A stretch of DNA of 63,996 nt, the filler included, from Anaerolineae bacterium (GTDB lineage: Bacteria > Chloroflexota > Anaerolineae > B4-G1 > DUEL01), in NCBI GenBank assembly GCA_041082215.1. It is 6 parts of 6 records of this genome, joined end to end, with 100 filler letters (N's around TTAATTAATTAA, not from the genome) between each part and the next. Parts side by side here need not be neighbours in the genome. Positions count along the whole stretch, not along the records: positions 57,032 to 62,881 come from JBDOIF010000042.1; positions 62,982 to 63,996 come from JBDOIF010000098.1; 4 more parts are not named here. One strand, written 5' to 3'. Positions within the stretch are counted from its first letter, which is position 1; each line of letters starts with the position of its first letter. Below, piece by piece: positions 57,996 to 63,996 of the stretch. Position numbers and translations under genes: made by a program. A model generated the notes under the pieces. The model saw nothing but the letters and a program-made list of their open reading frames with translations. It searched no databases and was not told the DNA's origin.

Positions 57996-60053
57996 TCAAT
58001 CTTTCGAGTGGCTGCCTCTCCACTCCTGGCCCAACGTCCGAATTTGCTCCGGATCGGTGGCGTAAACGGCCGGGTCGCCCTGATACCAGGCGATCGTGCC
58101 AACCACCGCCACCCGCTGACCGACGCGGTACAACCGCTCCGGCGCGCCGCCGAAGCGTCCCCACTCCGCCTGCCGGATGATGACCTTGAACGCGCCCTGG
58201 TGGGGGTTGGCGAAGCCCAGCAGCACCTGCTTGCCGTTGTTGAAGACGTAGCGCAGCGTGCCGGTGACGGTCACCGTGCGCCCGGCCCAGGCGCGCGCGG
58301 CGGTATGGGGGATGACGACGGGCGACGTTGGGCGGGGGGCGGGTTCCGTATTGCGTATTGCGTATTCCGCATCGTGTTGGGCCGAGTTCGGCTCTATGGC
58401 CGCTGTCTGCTGGGGATTGCCGCTGGTCAGCGCCACAATCGCCCCGTCGCAACTGCGGAAGTAGAGGTTGTCGTTGCTCACCACCCAGGTCGCGTATCCG
58501 CTCCAGTACTGATCGTATACCGCCCCCCGGTTGTAGTAGATATAAAAGCCAAAGTCGTAGGGGCGCGTGTTGTACAGCCCGCTGGCGCAATAATGGGAGG
58601 CGCTGAAAGCGCACGCGCCGGTGTTATCCTGCGACGTAGCCACTGTGGAGAGGCGCTGGGTGGTGATGGGGTTGGTGAAACTCCCGCGCGCGTCGGAGCG
58701 GTCCAGGATGCGCATGGCAAAACCGGCCTCCCAGTGCCCGCCGAAAAGATAGTCTCCGGCCATCGCCACGTTCGGCTGCTCGTCGGTCAGCAGGTAGGGG
58801 TTGGGGTTGCCCGGCGGCCAGTCGAAGCGGATGAAGCGCACGTAGCCCCCCTGCAAGCCGGATACAGTGGTGTTATCCAGCACCATCTCGCCGAAGTGGG
58901 AGTCCCAGCGGGAGTCGTAAACGTGTTTGGCGCGGATGACAATGTAGACAATCTCCTTACCATTGTCCAGACGCTTCACCACCGGCTGTGGCCCCATTGG
59001 CAGATAGTTGTTATCGCCGTAACCGCCGTGCCCCACGTTGGCGATATAGGGCACACTGCCGTCGTCCAGGTCCAGCACAAAGAGGGCCTGGTCGCCGGGA
59101 TTACTGGTCAGCAACTGCCGCATCTCCGGGTTGGTCTGCGGCCAGTCGCGCCACAGCCGCCCCCAGTCCAGCCGTACCTTGACCAGCACGTAACCAGCGT
59201 TGTCGGCAATGACCGGCCAGCCGTAGCGGTACTCAGTGGGGTCCGTGAAACTGCGGCTGGAATGGACCGGTCGGACGCGCCATTTGCGTGTGCCGTTGGC
59301 GTTGTTGACCGCGTGGACGTAAAGGTCAGGTTCCGTGGCAACGATGACGAGATTGCGCGAGGGCGAGTAGGCGGGCGGGACGGCCACCGTCGCCCCGGCG
59401 TTGTAGGTCCAGATGGCCTGCATGCTCTGCTTGTTCACCGCGTAGACCGAATTGCCCATAGAGAAGAACACCCGGTCGCTGATGACGGCAGGCGGCAGGG
59501 GCAGGGTGCTGGTCTGGCCCGTGGTGAAGGTGGCCAGAACGACGCCGTCGCTGGCCCGCAGTTTGTACAGGTTGCCGTTCGCCGAGACAACAAAGACGGC
59601 CTGCGTGTCGGGGTCGTAGGCCACGGTGGAGCGGACGTCGCCGACGTTGCTCTGCCGCCAGAGTTGCCCGCCGGTGGCCTCGCTGAGGGCGAAGACGCCG
59701 TCCGTTCCGGCGGCGATGTACACCCGCCCGCCGCCGGTGACCGGCTGGACGTTGCGCGGGAGTGTGCCGGTGGTAGTCACCTTGCTCACGCCGCCGCTGG
59801 CAGTGACGCCGTTCCAGATCCAGCGCAGCCGCCAGGGATAGGGCGGGACGGTGGGGGCATAACTGGTGTGCTGGGCATCGTGCGCATGCTGGCTCCACTC
59901 CGTAGAAGGATAGGCGCGCATCACCAGCGGCAGGTAAAGGGGCGACGGTGTGGGATCTGCCTGGATGTGGGGACTGTGCGGATCTCCGGTGAACTGAAAA
60001 AAGCCCGTCAGAAGAACCGTCAAAGCGGATACCAACAGCCATCTGGCTCTCAC
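57996..60053 (-). CDS. Exported PQQ-like beta-propeller protein with C-terminal OB-fold-like domain
   Basis: Signal peptide, LYLPLVMR, WSQHAHDAQHT, repeated AL..ATG..LW blades, VTVTG..VVGTI. Confidence 0.75.
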   Translation of the reverse strand: MRARWLLVSALTVLLTGFFQFTGDPHSPHIQADPTPSPLYLPLVMRAYPSTEWSQHAHDAQHTSYAPTVPPYPWRLRWIWNGVTASGGVSKVTTTGTLPRNVQPVTGGGRVYIAAGTDGVFALSEATGGQLWRQSNVGDVRSTVAYDPDTQAVFVVSANGNLYKLRASDGVVLATFTTGQTSTLPLPPAVISDRVFFSMGNSVYAVNKQSMQAIWTYNAGATVAVPPAYSPSRNLVIVATEPDLYVHAVNNANGTRKWRVRPVHSSRSFTDPTEYRYGWPVIADNAGYVLVKVRLDWGRLWRDWPQTNPEMRQLLTSNPGDQALFVLDLDDGSVPYIANVGHGGYGDNNYLPMGPQPVVKRLDNGKEIVYIVIRAKHVYDSRWDSHFGEMVLDNTTVSGLQGGYVRFIRFDWPPGNPNPYLLTDEQPNVAMAGDYLFGGHWEAGFAMRILDRSDARGSFTNPITTQRLSTVATSQDNTGACAFSASHYCASGLYNTRPYDFGFYIYYNRGAVYDQYWSGYATWVVSNDNLYFRSCDGAIVALTSGNPQQTAAIEPNSAQHDAEYAIRNTEPAPRPTSPVVIPHTAARAWAGRTVTVTGTLRYVFNNGKQVLLGFANPHQGAFKVIIRQAEWGRFGGAPERLYRVGQRVAVVGTIAWYQGDPAVYATDPEQIRTLGQEWRGSHSKD

Positions 60054-60074
60054 AGCACTTCCTCCTTGAACAGG

Positions 60075-60587
60075 TCACAGTATTTCGACCAGACTACCGG
60101 CCCAGGCGCGGATGGCGTCCCAGTCCCGGGCGTCGCTGGCCGGCGCACCACGCAGCGGGCTGACCGGCAGGGTGGCTAACAGACTGTCGGGGAAGCGTAG
60201 CCGCTCTGGATCATACCTGCCGCCGAACATCCCTACCGCGACCGGCCTGAGCCAGGGATACTTGCTCAACTGGAGGTCCAACTGGGCGCGCGCTTCCGCC
60301 ATCCCCTCGCCGGCCCGTATCGGGCCAAGCGAAAAGACAGCGACGGGCATTTCCGCCAGTGCAACCCGATGCTGCATCAGGAAGCGTTGCGCCTCCTTGA
60401 GCCAGCTACCGATGTAAAGCGGCGCGCCCAACACCACCGCGCGATAGCCGGTCAACGTCCGTACCCGCCTGGCAGGCTGTACGTCCACCGCCAGCCCCCT
60501 TTCCCGAAGCGTCGCCGCGATCTGTTCGGCGACCTCCTGGGTGGAACCGTAGCGGGTCGCATAAACAACGAGGATTAAGTCGGACAT
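60075..60587 (-). CDS. Flavodoxin-domain protein (HemG-like)
   Basis: YATRYGSTQEVAE, VLGAPLY, FGGRY, DARDWDAIRAWA; ATG at 60587. Confidence 0.85.
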   Translation of the reverse strand: MSDLILVVYATRYGSTQEVAEQIAATLRERGLAVDVQPARRVRTLTGYRAVVLGAPLYIGSWLKEAQRFLMQHRVALAEMPVAVFSLGPIRAGEGMAEARAQLDLQLSKYPWLRPVAVGMFGGRYDPERLRFPDSLLATLPVSPLRGAPASDARDWDAIRAWAGSLVEIL

Positions 60588-60613
60588 CGCCTGCTCCTTA
60601 TTCACTTCATGCA

Positions 60614-61774
60614 TCAAGCTATTCGTATTCGCTGCCGGGGCAGGGCGCGGCCCTTCCACGTCGCCCGGCCTGTCGCCGTCCAGAGCAGGGAGCGGAAGGC
60701 GATGAAGACCAGCAGCAGGAGGCTGACTGGATATAAGAGCGCCAGGTAGCGGGGGAAACGCAGCCGGGCCATCGCGATGAGCCACAGCGCCAGCATCTCC
60801 CCCACCGCCAGCAGCGCGGGCCAGAGGGCGAAGACGTCCCGCCCCACCCCCAGCGGCCAGAGGGCCAGCACCGCCAGCGGCTCCAGGGTGACCAGCGCCA
60901 TCCAGACCCAGACGAAGAGGTATTCCGCCAGGCGGAAATCAAAGACGGCGAAGAGGTTTTTGGTGAACCCTTCCAGCGCGGCGCGGAAGCCGGTGTACAT
61001 CCGGCAGGAGACGAAATCCCCTGCGTCCACCACCCGCCAGCGAAGCCCCTGCGCCTTCACCCGCTGGCCCAGCGCGATGTCGTCCACGGGGTTATCCCGC
61101 ACCGCCGCGTGCCCGCCAACGGCCTGGTAGGCCGACCGCCGGAAGAGCATCCACTGTCCATTGGTCAGCGAGAGGGCAGGCGCCCGCACCCGGTGGGCCA
61201 GGGCCAGGGGCAGGAACGAGAAAAAGCACCAGAAGATGGCCGGCACGGTGAGCCGCTCGCCCCAGGTGAGGAGCCGCTGGCGGAGAAAACCGCTTATCAG
61301 GTCAGCCCGCTCCGCCAGGAACGCCGCAACCCCCGCCCGCAGCGCCTGGGGGTGATGGACGGTGTCGGCGTCGGTGAAGAGCAACAGTTCCCCCGTCGCG
61401 GCCTGGGCCAGTTGCTGGCAGGCCCAGTGCTTGCCCAGCCACCCCTCCGGCAGCGGGCGGCCCGGAAGCACCCGCAGCTGACCGTCCTCCCGGGCCATTT
61501 CGGCCAGCAATTCAGCCGTCCCGTCGGTGGAGCCGTCATCCAGCGCCAGCACCTCGAAATCCGGGTAATCCTGCGCCAGCAGTGAGCGGAGAGAGTCCAG
61601 AACCACCGCCCGTTCGTTGCGAACAGGGAGCAGGATGGAGACGCGCGGGAAGCGCGGGGGCAGAGGATAACTCCCCAGCCGCCGCAGGGCCAGCAGGTTG
61701 CTGGCCGCGATCAGGAGCAGGACGCTCAGGAAGACGACAACCCCGATCTGATGGCCGAACCAGGAGGGGGTCAA
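60614..61774 (-). CDS. GT2 glycosyltransferase, CrtQ/CruC-like (carotenoid glycosyltransferase type)
   Basis: PVRNE, DDGSTD, PEGWLGKHWAC, FTDAD, NGQ, DDIALG, CRMY, WKGR. Confidence 0.8.
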   Translation of the reverse strand: MTPSWFGHQIGVVVFLSVLLLIAASNLLALRRLGSYPLPPRFPRVSILLPVRNERAVVLDSLRSLLAQDYPDFEVLALDDGSTDGTAELLAEMAREDGQLRVLPGRPLPEGWLGKHWACQQLAQAATGELLLFTDADTVHHPQALRAGVAAFLAERADLISGFLRQRLLTWGERLTVPAIFWCFFSFLPLALAHRVRAPALSLTNGQWMLFRRSAYQAVGGHAAVRDNPVDDIALGQRVKAQGLRWRVVDAGDFVSCRMYTGFRAALEGFTKNLFAVFDFRLAEYLFVWVWMALVTLEPLAVLALWPLGVGRDVFALWPALLAVGEMLALWLIAMARLRFPRYLALLYPVSLLLLVFIAFRSLLWTATGRATWKGRALPRQRIRIA

Positions 61775-61796
61775 CAGAACCTCCCCAAACCCAACC

Positions 61797-62558
61797 TCAA
61801 GGCGACCGTCGCCTCAGGAACCAGGGCCGGGCGCGGGGCGGGGTCCGCAGGTCGTGCCGGTGCTTCCAGAGGACCAGCCCGAAGTTCCCTGCCCAGACTG
61901 CCAGGAGTGGCCCCGGCGCACCCGAGGCCAGCAGGTAGACCAGAAGGGCCACCAGTCCAGAGATCGCCGACCAGGCATCGGTCCGGTTGAGGACGACGGC
62001 CAGCGTCAGCGCCAGCCCCATCACCGTCGGGCCAGCCCACAGCGTCAGCCCGCTCCAGATGCCGAAAGTGACGGCGATGGCCTTGCCGCCGCGAAAGTGC
62101 AGAAACGGAGAGAAGGCATGGCCCAGGACCGGCGCCAGGGCAACGGGGATCAGCCCCCAGCCGTCTATGCCGGCTCCGAAGCGGGCCAGCGCCACCGGCG
62201 TCGCCCCCTTCAGGTAGTCCAGCAGCAGCGCCGGGACCCCGGCCCGCCACCCCCCGGCCCGCCAGGCGTTGGCCGCGCCGGGATTGCCGTCACCATAGCG
62301 GCGGACATCGGCCCGGGCCACCAGTCGCCCCAGCCAAACCGAAAAGGGCAGCGAGCCGGAAAGGAAGCCCACCACTGTCCAGAGAAGGACCGCGCCGGAG
62401 GGCGGCCCGGGCGAGGGGGACCCCGCTACCCGCCAGGGCTGGCCGGGCGGGGTGTCCGTCTTCTCAAAAAAGGGCTGGTGGGCCAGGACAGGCGCGGCCA
62501 CTAGCGTCAACCCGCCGAGGAGCAAAACCACTATCACCAGACGTTTCACGCGTCTCAC
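61797..62558 (-). CDS. PlsY-like acyltransferase with atypical N-terminal extension
   Basis: FLSGSLPFS, GDGNPGAANAWR, DYLKG, GHAFS, RGGKAIA. Confidence 0.8.
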   Translation of the reverse strand: MRRVKRLVIVVLLLGGLTLVAAPVLAHQPFFEKTDTPPGQPWRVAGSPSPGPPSGAVLLWTVVGFLSGSLPFSVWLGRLVARADVRRYGDGNPGAANAWRAGGWRAGVPALLLDYLKGATPVALARFGAGIDGWGLIPVALAPVLGHAFSPFLHFRGGKAIAVTFGIWSGLTLWAGPTVMGLALTLAVVLNRTDAWSAISGLVALLVYLLASGAPGPLLAVWAGNFGLVLWKHRHDLRTPPRARPWFLRRRSP

Positions 62559-62562
62559 CCCC

Positions 62563-62881
62563 TCACACCCCGATCAGGATGCGCCCGTTCTCCACCCGCA
62601 CCGGATAGACAGGGAGCGCGTGCTCCCGGCGCAGGGCGCCCAGGACCTTTCCCACCACCGGTGGCCACGGCGTCCACTCCGCCACGTCACCCGTGCGCAG
62701 GGAGAAGGCGCTGCGGTGCCAGGGGCAGACCAGGAAGCCGTCGTCGGTGATCCGGCCGTTCTTTAGCGGAGCGCCCATATGGGGGCAGCGAGCCGCGACG
62801 GCAAAAACCTCGCCCCTGTGCCGGATGAGCAGCACCGGGGCGCCATCCACTTCCACCACCTCCCGCGCCCCCTCGGGCAGG
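62563..62881 (-). CDS. Rieske [2Fe-2S] ferredoxin (5' truncated by gap)
   Basis: RCPHMG..CPWHRSAF. Confidence 0.88.
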
Positions 62882-62981
62882 NNNNNNNNNNNNNNNNNNN
62901 NNNNNNNNNNNNNNNNNNNNNNNNNTTAATTAATTAANNNNNNNNNNNNNNNNNNNNNNNNNNNNNNNNNNNNNNNNNNNN
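62882..62981. other. Artificial contig spacer
   Basis: N-run with TTAATTAATTAA linker. Confidence 0.98.
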
Positions 62982-62997
62982 CTGGTGTAGGGACGCC

Positions 62998-63996
62998 ATG
63001 AGAGGAGAAGACCGTCAGCAGCAAGAGATGTTCCTGTACGCCAGCCTCGAGGACGTGGTGCCGGCCGATCACCCGCTGCGGCCGATCCGGGCGATGGTGG
63101 ACGAGGCGCTGCGGAGGATGGACGACACCTTCGATGAGATTTACGGAGAAGTAGGGCGGCCGTCGATTGCACCGGAACGGCTGCTGCGGGCGCAGTTGCT
63201 GATGCTGCTGTACACGATTCGGAGCGAGCGGATGCTGGTCGAGCAGCTGCGCTACAACCTGTTGTTCCGGTGGTTCGTGGGGCTGGGGATGAACGAGGAG
63301 GTCTGGCACGCGACGGTGTTTACGAAGAACCGGGACCGGCTGCTGGAGGGGGATGTGGCGCGGCAGTTCTTTGGCGAGATTGTGAGGCAGGCGAAGCAGC
63401 GGGGTCTGATGTCGAGCGAGCACTTTTCGGTCGACGGGACGATGGTGGAGGCGTGGGCGAGCCAGAAGAGCTTCCGGCCGAAGCGGGAGAAGCCGGATGA
63501 GAACGAGCCGGAAGGGGGCGGGCGGAATCGGGAGGTGGACTTCCGGGGGCAGCAGCGGAGGAATGAGACGCATGAGTCGGTGACGGATCCGGAGGCGCGG
63601 TTGTGGAGGAAGAGCCAGACGGGGGAGGCCAGGCTGAGCTACCTGGGGCACGTGCTGGGGGAGAACCGGCACGGGCTGATTGTGAATGTGCGGGTGACGA
63701 AAGCATACGGACGGGCGGAGCGGGAGGCGGCGGTGGAGATGGCGCGGGAGATTCCGGGAGGGACGAAGCGGGTGACGGTGGCGGCGGACCGGGGCTATGA
63801 CACGCGGGAGTTTGTCGAGCAGATGAAGGATCTGAACGTGACGCCGCATGTGGCGCAGAACGTCAGCGGGCGGGCGAGCGCGGTGGATGGGCGGACGACG
63901 CGGCATGAGGGCTACTGGGTGAGCCAGCGGAGGCGGAAGCTGGTGGAGGAATTCTTCGGATGGGCGAAGGTGGTAGCGGGGCTGAGGAAGGTGAAG
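62998..63996 (+). mobile_element. IS5-family transposase (3' truncated by window; absent from ORF track because no stop)
   Basis: MRGEDRQQQEMF..VPADHPLRPIR..GRPSIAPERLLRA..YNLLFRWFVGL..FSVDGT..ADRGYD..RKLVEEFFGW. Confidence 0.92.

Noticed and set aside
24763..62981. TTAATTAATTAA motif repeated five times within N-runs
   Set aside because: Artificial six-frame-stop contig linker; not biological, and gene order across it is uninformative.
1..63996. tRNA, rRNA or known riboswitch
   Set aside because: No recognisable signatures by eye; a covariance-model search was not possible.

Overview
High-GC bacterial DNA, most consistent with Chloroflexota/Anaerolineae (inferred from gene repertoire: tandem GT-C glycosyltransferases, GAF-rich sensors, xLPL(I/V)xR exported proteins). 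The window is six separate contigs joined by five artificial 100-nt spacers (N-run + TTAATTAATTAA + N-run), so adjacency across gaps means nothing. Contig 1 (1-24762): valS 3' end, metabolic genes and a ~17.5 kb operon of eight PMT/GT39-like membrane glycosyltransferases plus a flippase-like gene. Contig 2 (24863-47606): multi-GAF hybrid kinase, threonine-synthase-like::receiver fusion, second kinase, envelope genes, a 2TM-WYL protein, larA/FAD dehydrogenase, ccdA, thrC. Contig 3 (47707-53006): kinase-less GAF sensors around an orphan solute-binding protein. Contig 4: pseudo-PP2C/beta-propeller membrane protein and an IS. Contig 5: Rieske oxygenase, beta-propeller protein, flavodoxin, CrtQ-like GT2 + PlsY-like acyltransferase. 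Contig 6: IS5-family transposase. Most notable: one GT-C gene is frameshifted exactly at a perfect (TGACGCC)8 tract (candidate phase-variation switch); sister paralogs carry older 7/8-mer arrays at the same loop; and normally intergenic palindromic repeats sit in frame inside these genes. All product calls come from motif recognition by eye, not database searches.
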